IMG/VR virus record: IMGVR_UViG_3300033141_001099
DNA from: a virus
Direction: 5' to 3' (one strand)
Length of the DNA: 33,693 bases
The position numbers and the translations under genes were made by a program. Below the pieces are notes generated by a model. That model did no database searches, had not been told where the DNA came from, and saw only the letters and a program-made list of their open reading frames with translations. Below are positions 1-7,961 of the stretch, piece after piece. How positions within the stretch are numbered: position 1 is the first letter of the stretch; every line of letters starts with the position of its first letter.

Positions 1-112
1 TAGCAATCCAGAAAGAGCGAAAGAACTTGCAGCAATCACTGATCCAATAGATTTTGCTTTTGCAGTTGCAGAAATGGGAACTAAATTGAAAACACATAAA
101 AAGAAAGCTCCA
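1..112. repeat. Left copy of an exact 112-bp direct repeat, identical to 33582-33693. Interpreted as circular-assembly overlap or terminal redundancy.
   Basis: Read directly: tagcaatccagaaagagcgaaagaacttgc...aaaaagaaagctcca occurs at both window ends. The repeat lies inside one continuous reading frame. Confidence 0.95.
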
Positions 113-253
113 AATGTTGATAAGAAAGTCACAGGTGGAGAAACCGTAAATATTGGCGGCTCTGAAAAAGAGTTAGGCAGACTCCGCAAGGAAGCTGAAA
201 AATCAGGCGACATGTCTAAAGTGTTAGCCTATAAAAAGAAAATAAAAGGATAA
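1..253 (+). CDS. Scaffolding-like protein, C-terminal part. The ORF enters from the window edge; the first full codon is at 2 and the stop TAA is at 251-253.
   Basis: The frame is continuous with 32956..33693 through the 112-bp overlap. It lies between portal and coat as in P22 (gene 8 position). Basic C-terminal tail ...GRLRKEAEKSGDMSKVLAYKKKIKG. Confidence 0.7.
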   Translation, partial: SNPERAKELAAITDPIDFAFAVAEMGTKLKTHKKKAPNVDKKVTGGETVNIGGSEKELGRLRKEAEKSGDMSKVLAYKKKIKG

Positions 254-256
254 ATC

Positions 257-1525
257 ATGGCAAATGGTTTCAGTAAGGAAGAAGTAGTAGCTTTTGAAGA
301 GTTATGTCAAGGCTTTGAGGACGCGTTAGTATTGTCAAGAAATGTGTCTAAGTACACAACTGATCAACAAACAATGGAGAGAGCAAACGATACAATTTGG
401 CGTCCTATGCCTTACATTATGCAATCTTATGATGGCTCAGATGCTTCATCTAACTTCGGAGATAACACACAATTAAGTGTTCCAGCCTCTATCGGTTTCC
501 AAAAACATTCAACAGCAATATTAACGGCTAAAGAATTAAGAGACCAATTACAAGAGGGTCGTTTAGGTTCGTCTGCTGCACAAAAACTAGCGAGTGATAT
601 TAATGTAGCACTTACTACAGTAGCAACAGAACAGGGAACAGTTGTAATAGCCAGACCAGCAGCAGCAGCAGGATATGATGATGTTGCAGAAGCAGATGCT
701 TCTTTCAATGAACTTGGTGTAACAATGGAAGATAGATATATGGCTCTATCATCAAGAGATTACAACGGAATGGCAAGCAATTTAGCAGCTAGAGAAACAA
801 TGAACACTAAGCCGATTAATGCTTACGAGCGCTCTTACGTTGGGACAGTTGCAGGTTTTACAACAAATAAACTTGATTACGCTGGAAGTTTAGCAGTAGC
901 GACAGCAACAACAGTAACAATGGCAGCAGCAGACCAATATTACACACCAGCAGCAACAATCACAGGCGCTAATGGTACAAACAATGTTGATAACAGATAC
1001 CAAACTATCTCTATTGCAGTTGGCGGAAACACTGTTAAAGTTGGAGACGCGTTCACAATAGCAGGTGTTAATTCTGTTCACCATATCACTAAAGAAGATA
1101 CAGGGCAGTTAAAAACATTCCGTATTATTGAAATTGTGACAGGTTCAGGTGGCACAGGTACTGTTAAAATTTCTCCTGCTATTATCTCAGCACAAGGTGC
1201 AACAGATGCAGAAAAACAATATCAAAATGTTACAGCAACTCCGGCAAATGGTGCAGCAATCGCATTCTTAAATATTGTTACTGCTAAAGTTAACCCTTTC
1301 TGGCACAAAGACGCTATTGAGATTTTACCGGGAAGATTGTCGATTGACCCAGAGGCAGGCGCTAAAGTAATAAGAGCTACTCTTGAAAACGGTATCGAAG
1401 TTGTAATGCAGAAACAATTTGACATTAATACTCAAAAAACTAAGTATCGTTGGGATGTATTGTTTGGAGTAGTTAACAAAGCACCTGAGATGTCAGGGAT
1501 TATGATTTTCGCACAAACTGTTTAA
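257..1525 (+). CDS. Major capsid (coat) protein, P22 gp5-like.
   Basis: 422 aa with RBS AAAGGA upstream. Segments NDTIWRPMP, AAQKLASDINVAL, VDNRYQTISIAVGG..VKVGDAFTIAGV and NPFWHKDAIEILP parallel my recollection of P22 coat (SNTIWMPV, AARKLANNVELKV, VDNRFATVTLS..KRGDKISFAGV, NVFWADDAIRIV). Synteny is portal-scaffold-coat. Confidence 0.85.
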   Translation: MANGFSKEEVVAFEELCQGFEDALVLSRNVSKYTTDQQTMERANDTIWRPMPYIMQSYDGSDASSNFGDNTQLSVPASIGFQKHSTAILTAKELRDQLQEGRLGSSAAQKLASDINVALTTVATEQGTVVIARPAAAAGYDDVAEADASFNELGVTMEDRYMALSSRDYNGMASNLAARETMNTKPINAYERSYVGTVAGFTTNKLDYAGSLAVATATTVTMAAADQYYTPAATITGANGTNNVDNRYQTISIAVGGNTVKVGDAFTIAGVNSVHHITKEDTGQLKTFRIIEIVTGSGGTGTVKISPAIISAQGATDAEKQYQNVTATPANGAAIAFLNIVTAKVNPFWHKDAIEILPGRLSIDPEAGAKVIRATLENGIEVVMQKQFDINTQKTKYRWDVLFGVVNKAPEMSGIMIFAQTV

Positions 1526-1529
1526 CATA

Positions 1530-1547
1530 GGAGGGGTTTCCCCCTTC
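1530..1547 (+). terminator. GC-rich hairpin directly after the coat gene (GGAGGGG-UUUC-CCCCUUC). Possible attenuator or RNA-stabilising stem; there is no U-tract.
   Basis: 7-bp stem (one G-U) with a 4-nt loop, read from the sequence. It stands out in AT-rich DNA and begins 5 nt after the stop at 1523-1525. Confidence 0.35.
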
Positions 1548-1563
1548 AATAAATAAAGGTAAA

Positions 1564-2343
1564 ATGATGGCAAATAAAATATTTCCAAACGGAACGAAAA
1601 CACTTGACGTAGTAGCAGGTAATAAAATATCTGCACTCTCTCCGGGAGTAAGAGCAAAAGTTTTTCAAAACACTAGTTCAGCAACTCAACCAGACGCATG
1701 GGAACTTCTTGCAACACTAGAAGCAAATGTGCAGTATGTTTCAGCTGCTTTTTCTGAAGCAACGGAAGTAAGAATTGACGCAGGCTCAGATTTTGTAACT
1801 TATGTAAACGGAACACTTACAAACGTTGGTGTATCAAATGGCGCTACAGTTGCAGCAGTAGAGTACAATGAAGGGTTTGTTCATAAAACTGTATTAACTC
1901 TAACGGCAACTCCAGTAACAATCACTGATGACGCTGGTGTTGCACAATATGGTGGAACTGCAAAACTTTATGATTTACCAGAAGGTGCAATTAGCTTTCT
2001 TGGTTGTGTTGTCGACGGTGACTTAACTTTAGGTGTATCAGGAACAATCATTGCAACATATGATGGTGACACTGCACTTGGTAGTATTACAGCTACAACA
2101 GGTGCAACACTAACTGGAACAGAAGCGGATATTATGGCATCAGTGCCAATTGCAACAGCGATTGCAGATGTTTCAGCAGTAGGAGCAGTATCGGCAGCAA
2201 CAACAATTGTTGACGGAACAGCAACAGCAAGTGATGTTTTCCTTAACTTTGTAATAGATGATGATGCGTCACACACATCAGGAACAGGTACTTTTACAGG
2301 TACAGTTACAATGTTATGGACAAATACAGGCGATATTGCATAA
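1564..2343 (+). CDS. Virion structural protein of unknown family, T/A/G-rich. Possible decoration or head-fibre protein.
   Basis: 259 aa, RBS AAAGG. It lies immediately after the coat gene and is bracketed by two similar GC hairpins. No family recognised. Confidence 0.5.
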   Translation: MMANKIFPNGTKTLDVVAGNKISALSPGVRAKVFQNTSSATQPDAWELLATLEANVQYVSAAFSEATEVRIDAGSDFVTYVNGTLTNVGVSNGATVAAVEYNEGFVHKTVLTLTATPVTITDDAGVAQYGGTAKLYDLPEGAISFLGCVVDGDLTLGVSGTIIATYDGDTALGSITATTGATLTGTEADIMASVPIATAIADVSAVGAVSAATTIVDGTATASDVFLNFVIDDDASHTSGTGTFTGTVTMLWTNTGDIA

Positions 2344-2356
2344 TAGTAATATCAAT

Positions 2357-2374
2357 GAGGGGATTCGTCCCCTT
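2357..2374 (+). terminator. GC-rich hairpin with a UUCG tetraloop after the 259-aa gene (GAGGGGA-UUCG-UCCCCUU). No U-tract.
   Basis: 7-bp stem (one G-U) read from the sequence. It resembles the hairpin at 1530-1547. Confidence 0.35.
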
Positions 2375-2428
2375 ATCATATGAGCATCTTTAGAGGTGTT
2401 GATTTGATAGCAGAAACAAGGATTTAAA

Positions 2429-2485
2429 ATGGCTTGTAGAAAAACTAAGACTAAGACTAAAAAATCATACGGGAAAAGGAAATAA
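2429..2485 (+). CDS. Polybasic micro-ORF, 18 aa: MACRKTKTKTKKSYGKRK.
   Basis: ATG preceded by AAGGA with a 6-nt spacer. Stop TAA lies 1 nt before the ATG of the next gene. Below the ORF-track length cut-off. Confidence 0.35.
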   Translation: MACRKTKTKTKKSYGKRK

Positions 2486-2486
2486 T

Positions 2487-2786
2487 ATGAGTGTAATGCT
2501 ATATACAGGTAATGGTATAACGAAACTTCACGGTGTTATGGTTGATTATATCGTTGTAGATGAAGATGATGTCGAAAGTCATTTAGAAGGCGGATATTAT
2601 AAAACACCTATTGAAGCCGATGAAGCTATAAATGGAGAAGATAATGTTAACATTGAAACAAAAGCTCCGACAAGAAAAGAGATGGAAGACAAAGCAAAAG
2701 AACTTGGGATTAAGTTTCCATCAAATATAAAAGATTCTACTCTTCTTGGTAAAATCAATGACAAGATAAAAGAAAACGAAGGATAA
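2487..2786 (+). CDS. Small head-module protein with a C-terminal HeH/Rho-N-like motif.
   Basis: 99 aa. The C-terminal TRKEMEDKAKELGIKFPSNIKDSTLLGKI resembles the helix-extension-helix motifs common in phage head-region proteins. Confidence 0.45.
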   Translation: MSVMLYTGNGITKLHGVMVDYIVVDEDDVESHLEGGYYKTPIEADEAINGEDNVNIETKAPTRKEMEDKAKELGIKFPSNIKDSTLLGKINDKIKENEG

Positions 2787-2789
2787 ATT

Positions 2790-3269
2790 ATGAGCTGGAC
2801 TAAAAAACAATTTTGTGAAGAAGCATTTGGAGAACTAGGTTACGCTAACTACGACTTCACGTTGTCGGACGACCAGCTTAAAATAGCATTGAGAAAACTT
2901 GATGCAATGATGGCTACTTGGAACTTCAAAGGAATAAGAGTTAGCTATCCTCTACCTGATAATCCAGACGATAGTTCATTAGACACAGCAACAGACGTTC
3001 CAGACTCAGCAAATGAAGCAATTTACGCTAATTTAGCAGTAAGACTTGCTCCGGCAATAGGAAAAACAGTCTCAAGAGAAACAAAAGTTACTGCAAAGCA
3101 AGCATATAATGTATTACTCGGGCTTCACACAGAGCCAAACAATATGCAGTTTAATAGACTTCCAGCAGGTCAAGGAAACAAAAGCTGGAGAAACACGGGC
3201 AGAACTTTCCTTCCACCAGCAGAAGATAAGCTCGATGTTGGTCAAGATGGAACACTGGACTTTGAATAA
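2790..3269 (+). CDS. Head-completion / tail-adaptor protein, P22 gp4-like.
   Basis: 159 aa. ELGYANYDFTLSDDQLKIALRKLDAMMATW, IYANLAVRLAPAI and LPAGQGNK parallel recalled P22 gp4 (KLGVASDATLTD..AVDDLEAMMAEW, VFHNLACRIAPDY, MPTGSGNS). Its position after coat matches. Confidence 0.75.
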   Translation: MSWTKKQFCEEAFGELGYANYDFTLSDDQLKIALRKLDAMMATWNFKGIRVSYPLPDNPDDSSLDTATDVPDSANEAIYANLAVRLAPAIGKTVSRETKVTAKQAYNVLLGLHTEPNNMQFNRLPAGQGNKSWRNTGRTFLPPAEDKLDVGQDGTLDFE

Positions 3270-3616
3270 TGAAAGTTAAAAAACTATTAAAAAAAAGTTA
3301 CTTCTGGGTCGAGGTCGTTAATATGCACTATTACTATTTTACCAACAGAGAAGATTATAGTAAAGCATTAAAACATTTTGGAGCAGAAAGAGATATAAGC
3401 ACAGACGGTGGTCGATGCAGTGTCGTTGAAAGTGACGGGCAATCGCTTATATTAATAGGAAGCTTTAGGGATAGAGATGCTGACATAGTACACGAGTGTG
3501 TTCACGCCTCATTGTTTACTTTTTACCTAATAGGACAGACACTTGACACAGACTGTGAGATACTCCCTTACTTAACAGATACGATTTTTAGTAAGTGTAA
3601 AGAAATAAAAGGCTAA
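3269..3616 (+). CDS. Small HExxH-motif protein, a putative minimal Zn-metallopeptidase fold. It is inserted between the gp4-like and gp10-like genes.
   Basis: 115 aa, TAATG start overlap. Motif DIVHECVHAS (HECVH). An alternative start at 3320 (MHYYYF) has the better SD (GAGG, 8-nt spacer). Confidence 0.45.
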   Translation: MKVKKLLKKSYFWVEVVNMHYYYFTNREDYSKALKHFGAERDISTDGGRCSVVESDGQSLILIGSFRDRDADIVHECVHASLFTFYLIGQTLDTDCEILPYLTDTIFSKCKEIKG

Positions 3617-3618
3617 CA

Positions 3619-5025
3619 ATGCAAATTAATGTCCTAAATGGTATTTATACCGACGATGCACCAGACTTTCGCACAGCATACCCACTAAACTTTATACCCG
3701 TACCAAAAGAACAAGGCATATCAAAAGGTTATTTAAGACCGGCAGATGGAATTGTAGAGTTTGGAGTAACTACCGAGGGAACAGACAGAGGCGGTATTAA
3801 TTGGGATGGTGCTTATTATAGAGTAATGGGCAGTAAACTAATAAAGATAGCCACAAACGGTACTTATATCGTTATCGGTGAAGTTGGAGATGATGGTAAA
3901 AACGTCACAATGGATTATTCTTTTGATAGATTAGCGATAGCAAGCAATGAGGATTTATTTTATTGGGATAACTCAACATTTGTGCAAGTAACAGACCCAG
4001 ACTTAGGAGAAGTTCTTGATGTTGTTTGGGTTGATGGCTATTTTATGACAACAGATGGAGAATTTCTAGTTGTTACAGAGTTGAGTGATCCGACTCAAGT
4101 TAATCCTTTAAAATATGGAAGCGCGGAAGCTTCACCAGATCCCGTTAATGGTTTATTGAAACTAAGAAACGAAATATATGCACTAAATAGATATTCAATT
4201 GAAGTATTTGCTAATATTGGAACAAGTGGATTCCCTTTCCAGAGAATAGCAAGTGCAATTATAGATAGAGGTTGTATAGGAACTCACGCAAGTGCTGTAT
4301 TTTTACAATCAATCGCTTTTCTTGGTGGTGGGCCTAATGAAGCTCCGGCTATATGGTTAGGAAATAACGCAACAACAGTTAAAATATCTACAAGAGAAGT
4401 TGACCAAGTCTTGTTAGAGTTCACAGAAGCGGAATTAAATCAAGTTATTGTCGAAGCTAAAGTTGATAAAGGACACGAACAATTATTGATTCACTTACCA
4501 ACTAAAACGCTTGTTTATTATGGCAATGCCAGTCAAGTTTTAGGAACACCGGTATGGAGCATTTTATCAAGCGGGTCAGATGGAGATTCTATCTATCGTG
4601 GTAAAAATTTAGTATTCGTATATGACAAATGGCACGTTGGAGACACTAATAGTTTCAAATACGGTTATTTAGATGATTCAATTTCTACTCATTACGGTGA
4701 TAAAGTATCGTGGGAATTCACAACAACAATTCTATATAATGAGAGCAGAGGTGCAATAATTCATCAAATGGAATTAGTCGCTTTAACTGGTCGAGTTGCA
4801 AATGGAATAACTCCAACAATTTCAACAAGTTATAGTTTAGATGGTTTAACATTCACTTCACAAGCTTCAATAAAAGCAGGTAATGAAAACGAGACACTAA
4901 AAAGATTAGTTTGGTTATTTCAAGGAAGTATGGCAAATATGAGGCTTCAGCGATTTAGTGGTGATAGTGATACTCACATATCAATAGCAAGACTAGAAGC
5001 AAGAATTGAGCCATTAAATGCCTAA
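3619..5025 (+). CDS. Tail hub / packaged-DNA stabilisation protein, P22 gp10-like.
   Basis: 468 aa (P22 gp10 is about 472 aa). YPLNFIPVPKEQGISKGYLRPADGI and HEQLLIHLPTKTLVYY...SIYRGKN parallel recalled gp10 (YLPVNMLATPKEILNSSGYLRSFPGI; SHELLIIHLPRHVLVYD...DVYRGVD). Confidence 0.75.
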   Translation: MQINVLNGIYTDDAPDFRTAYPLNFIPVPKEQGISKGYLRPADGIVEFGVTTEGTDRGGINWDGAYYRVMGSKLIKIATNGTYIVIGEVGDDGKNVTMDYSFDRLAIASNEDLFYWDNSTFVQVTDPDLGEVLDVVWVDGYFMTTDGEFLVVTELSDPTQVNPLKYGSAEASPDPVNGLLKLRNEIYALNRYSIEVFANIGTSGFPFQRIASAIIDRGCIGTHASAVFLQSIAFLGGGPNEAPAIWLGNNATTVKISTREVDQVLLEFTEAELNQVIVEAKVDKGHEQLLIHLPTKTLVYYGNASQVLGTPVWSILSSGSDGDSIYRGKNLVFVYDKWHVGDTNSFKYGYLDDSISTHYGDKVSWEFTTTILYNESRGAIIHQMELVALTGRVANGITPTISTSYSLDGLTFTSQASIKAGNENETLKRLVWLFQGSMANMRLQRFSGDSDTHISIARLEARIEPLNA

Positions 5026-5563
5026 ATTTGATAAGTTATTATTAACAAGAGCAGACTTAGCAAAGTTTCTTCCAGACCAAAGGTCGATTAAGGAGTTTGA
5101 ACGCTTGTTTGCTCAAGATGAAGACCTTAGTCTTATCGTAAGTAATATGATAATTGCGATTGAACTTAATGAAGATGGAACTTATATTATTCCAAGTGAT
5201 ACAAACTTTATTGATGGTTCAGACTCTGTTAATAATGCAATTCTTATTTTAGATCAAACAATATCGACAACTTTAATAATAAGTGTTAATATAAATTCAG
5301 CCTTAGACCCTGAGTCTCAATCTGTTTTAGTTGATGCTACTGGTGGAGACAGAGACATAACTTTGCCAGACCCTTCTTTATGTTTAGATAACAGCAGGTC
5401 TTACAGAATAGGAATAACAAAGATAGACACATCAGCAAATGTTGTCAATATTTTACCTTTCGACAGTGAGTTAGTTGTTGGAGAAACTAGTCAAGATTTG
5501 CTACTTGACGGAGAAGTATTAAATTTTATAACCAATGGCACAAATTGGTATTTGGAGAATTAA
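5018..5563 (+). CDS. Tail protein in the gp26 (needle/plug) position, with a divergent C-terminal part.
   Basis: 181 aa; its ATG overlaps the gp10-like stop. N-terminal LLLTRADLAKFLP weakly resembles the P22 gp26 N-terminus (ATRLDASILP). No obvious long coiled coil. Confidence 0.4.
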   Translation: MPKFDKLLLTRADLAKFLPDQRSIKEFERLFAQDEDLSLIVSNMIIAIELNEDGTYIIPSDTNFIDGSDSVNNAILILDQTISTTLIISVNINSALDPESQSVLVDATGGDRDITLPDPSLCLDNSRSYRIGITKIDTSANVVNILPFDSELVVGETSQDLLLDGEVLNFITNGTNWYLEN

Positions 5564-5564
5564 A

Positions 5565-6809
5565 ATGAGTAAGTTACGAAAAGGCAGCACAGTTGTAATT
5601 GACAAAGCAGGAAGATCGAATGTTATCGGAGTATTTGGAGAACAATGGGCAACAGATATAAAAAACGATATTTTAGCACAATTCTCTTACGGGAAAAGCA
5701 CATATGATTTAAAAGCTGATGAGGTGACGGCAACAGGAACAGTTACGATACAAGAAGACAATTTATTAACAGTATCAAGCGGTACAGATGCAGCAGGAGC
5801 AGCAGCAGTAGAAAGCTATAATTCCATACGCTACAGACCCGGACATACTGTAATTTCTCACTTCACTGCACTATTTACTGACCCAACAGCAGATAACACT
5901 CATCAATGGATAGGGATAGCAGACGGTGTGAATGGTTTTGGAATAGGTTTTATAGATGGTGAGTTTGCGATGATGCGAATGAGAGATAGTGTTCATACTC
6001 ACATTTTTGAAAATGACTTTAACGGTAATATTGATATAAGCACTGTTGATTTTACAAAACTCAATGTATTTAGAATAACATTTGGTTATCTAGGAGCAGC
6101 AACAATAACTTTTGAGATGATGAAGCCCGGGACTAATAACTTTGATACTATTCATACAATCTATTATCCTAATACAAACACTGAAACACATATCCAACTT
6201 CCTTATTTACCAATAAAAATGAGTGTGGAAAACACAGGGAATACAACAGATGTTCAAATTCGTTCTGGTAGTTGGCAAGGTGGAGTAATGGGTCTTTGTC
6301 AAACTTGCGGAAATAGAGGTTTTTCGTTTCCTTATACTCCAGGCTCAATAAACATAACAACAGGTGGAGCAGTTACAACAACTCCAGTAGTATTGGCGGG
6401 TTTCAAAAGTGTTACTACTTTCCAAGGATTTGCAAATAAGATACGAGCAGAATTAATAAAATTTAGTTTTATCCCTTTTGATGCAACAGCAGATACTATA
6501 GTTACAGTTCAGTTAGTGGGTCAAGCGACTGTTACTGGAGGAGCATATAATGATATTGATTCAGCTAATAGTGTTCTCCAAGTAAACGACACTCCAACAG
6601 GCTTCACAGGCGGAAGAGTTGGACTAACTTTATCAGTAGCAGCAATCACAGGACACGGTGTTACCCCTGCTCAAAGCACCCCAGCAGACCTAGATACAAA
6701 CGCGTTGCAGTTATTTTTAGATCCCGGTCAAGAATATGCAATAATCGCGTTCACACAAACAGGAACTGTTGACATAACTTGGGACGTTAATTGGAGAGAG
6801 TTGTTTTAA
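5565..6809 (+). CDS. Tail-associated protein of unknown family, a possible receptor-binding or distal tail protein.
   Basis: The track ORF starts at 5535. The ATG at 5565 is preferred because GGAGAA lies 5 nt upstream and it starts 1 nt after the previous stop at 5561-5563. About 414 aa. Confidence 0.5.
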   Translation: MSKLRKGSTVVIDKAGRSNVIGVFGEQWATDIKNDILAQFSYGKSTYDLKADEVTATGTVTIQEDNLLTVSSGTDAAGAAAVESYNSIRYRPGHTVISHFTALFTDPTADNTHQWIGIADGVNGFGIGFIDGEFAMMRMRDSVHTHIFENDFNGNIDISTVDFTKLNVFRITFGYLGAATITFEMMKPGTNNFDTIHTIYYPNTNTETHIQLPYLPIKMSVENTGNTTDVQIRSGSWQGGVMGLCQTCGNRGFSFPYTPGSINITTGGAVTTTPVVLAGFKSVTTFQGFANKIRAELIKFSFIPFDATADTIVTVQLVGQATVTGGAYNDIDSANSVLQVNDTPTGFTGGRVGLTLSVAAITGHGVTPAQSTPADLDTNALQLFLDPGQEYAIIAFTQTGTVDITWDVNWRELF

Positions 6810-6821
6810 ATGAAAAATTTA

Positions 6822-6830
6822 TGGTATAAT
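6822..6830 (+). promoter_or_regulatory. Extended -10 promoter element TGgTATAAT inside the late region.
   Basis: ttATGGTATAATtGTGAAAA at 6819-6839 is nearly identical to ttATGGTATAATaGTGAAAA at 30817-30837. Both lie in short intergenic gaps. Confidence 0.5.
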
Positions 6831-6882
6831 TGTGAAAAGCTGAGAAAATTTGCTGCCAGCGGCTCACTAATAGGGAGTTATT

Positions 6883-7332
6883 TTGGTTAGCATTGGAATC
6901 AGCGATAAAAATCTTCAAGACATTTACCAAGATTCTTACATTTCTAAAGTTTCCCACGATAACAAACCTTTCGAGTCAATAGACCACCCTTTAGTAAAAT
7001 ACATAACAGCATCAATTAATGGAAGATTTGCCGGAGCATTTATGATAATCCTCTTCAGTAAAACAGAAATTGAAATACACTCACTATTAAAAAAACAATT
7101 CATCAAGTATTCAAGACAGTTAGGAAAAGAAGTAATTGATTACATATTCTCATTTTATAACCCTCAGAGACTAACGGCACCAATTATTGATGGCTTAAAC
7201 ACTGCGAAAAACTATGTAGTTAAATTAGGGTTTACACTAGAAGGCATTAGAAGAGATGCTTGTTCAAAGGATAATAGAATGAAAGATATTTATATTTACG
7301 GTTTAACTCGTAGAGAATGGAGCATAAAATGA
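6883..7332 (+). CDS. GNAT-fold acetyltransferase-like protein, in the P22 gene-14 position.
   Basis: 149 aa, TTG start with GGGAG SD. The C-terminal KLGFTLEGIRRDA...KDIYIYGLTRREW is typical of RimJ/RimL-type GNAT proteins. It lies directly upstream of the ejection-protein genes. Confidence 0.6.
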   Translation: MVSIGISDKNLQDIYQDSYISKVSHDNKPFESIDHPLVKYITASINGRFAGAFMIILFSKTEIEIHSLLKKQFIKYSRQLGKEVIDYIFSFYNPQRLTAPIIDGLNTAKNYVVKLGFTLEGIRRDACSKDNRMKDIYIYGLTRREWSIK

Positions 7333-7952
7333 GTTTTATAGGAGACGCGATTGGCGATGTTGTAGGTGGCATAACAGGGGCTTCTCAAGCAGCAGATGCA
7401 GGAACAGCAGCAGCAGCAACTCAAGCAGCAAGCTCAGATGCAGCAATAGCAGAAAATCGCAGACAATTCGATGCAATGGTTGAGTTAATGTCTCCTTATG
7501 TAACAGCAGGAACAGGAGCAATATCAGCACAACAAGGGTTGATGGGATTGAGTGGACCAGAAGCACAAGCAGAGGCAATTGCAGCGCTACAAGCAGGACC
7601 AGAGTTTCAAGCATTAACACAAACAGGCGAAGAAGCATTATTGCAAAGTGCTTCAGCAACAGGTGGGCTAAGAGGTGGAAATACTGAAGCAGCACTAGCG
7701 CAGTTTCGCCCTCAAATGTTATCAAGTTTAATCAATCAAAAGCTTGGTCAATATGGTGGGCTTTCACAATTAGGACAAGCAAGTGCATCAGGACAAGCAG
7801 CGGCAGGGATGCAGTCGGCTTCAAATATTGGGAGTTTACTAGGTCAACAAGGCGCAGCAATAGCAGGCGGTCAGCTTGCCCAAGGCGGAGCGACACAACA
7901 GGCTTTTGGAGATATTCTAGGAATCGGTGGTGTCGCTACCGGTTTCTTTTAA
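7329..7952 (+). CDS. Ejection (internal virion) protein, gp7 position. A/G/Q-rich.
   Basis: The ATG at 7329 overlaps the upstream stop (ATGA) with GGAG upstream; the track start is 7317. About 207 aa (P22 gp7 is about 229 aa). Assigned by gene order 14-7-20-16. Confidence 0.55.
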   Translation: MSFIGDAIGDVVGGITGASQAADAGTAAAATQAASSDAAIAENRRQFDAMVELMSPYVTAGTGAISAQQGLMGLSGPEAQAEAIAALQAGPEFQALTQTGEEALLQSASATGGLRGGNTEAALAQFRPQMLSSLINQKLGQYGGLSQLGQASASGQAAAGMQSASNIGSLLGQQGAAIAGGQLAQGGATQQAFGDILGIGGVATGFF

Positions 7953-7961
7953 GGAGTTATT

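Noticed and set aside
1-112. The terminal 112-bp direct repeat as a biological direct terminal repeat or as the ends of a mobile element.
   Set aside because: The repeat lies in the middle of the scaffolding-like ORF and keeps the frame continuous. P22-type terminase/portal modules package by headful. The simplest explanation is overlap from a circularised assembly. True physical termini cannot be decided from the sequence alone.
427-2276. Track ORFs 427..708, 890..1084, 1222..1425 and 1968..2276 on the - strand.
   Set aside because: They are antisense to the well-supported coat and 259-aa genes, have no SDs, and show odd Cys/Ala-rich compositions that mirror GCA/ACA-rich sense codons.
5535-5564. 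The track start at 5535 for the 424-aa ORF.
   Set aside because: The ATG at 5565 has a GGAGAA SD and starts 1 nt after the upstream stop. The 5535 start would overlap the preceding gene by 29 nt and has no SD.
6810-6890. A 26-aa ORF (MKNLWYNCEKLRKFAASGSLIGSYFG) in the gap after 6809.
   Set aside because: Its 5' part is the conserved TTATGGTATAATnGTGAAAA block. At the second copy (30817-30837) that block is not embedded in a comparable ORF, so a promoter interpretation is preferred.
7336-7725. A 129-aa Leu-rich ORF on the - strand.
   Set aside because: It is the reverse complement of the GCA/CAG-rich (Ala/Gln) ejection-protein gene, so the Leu/Cys-rich frame is a compositional artefact.
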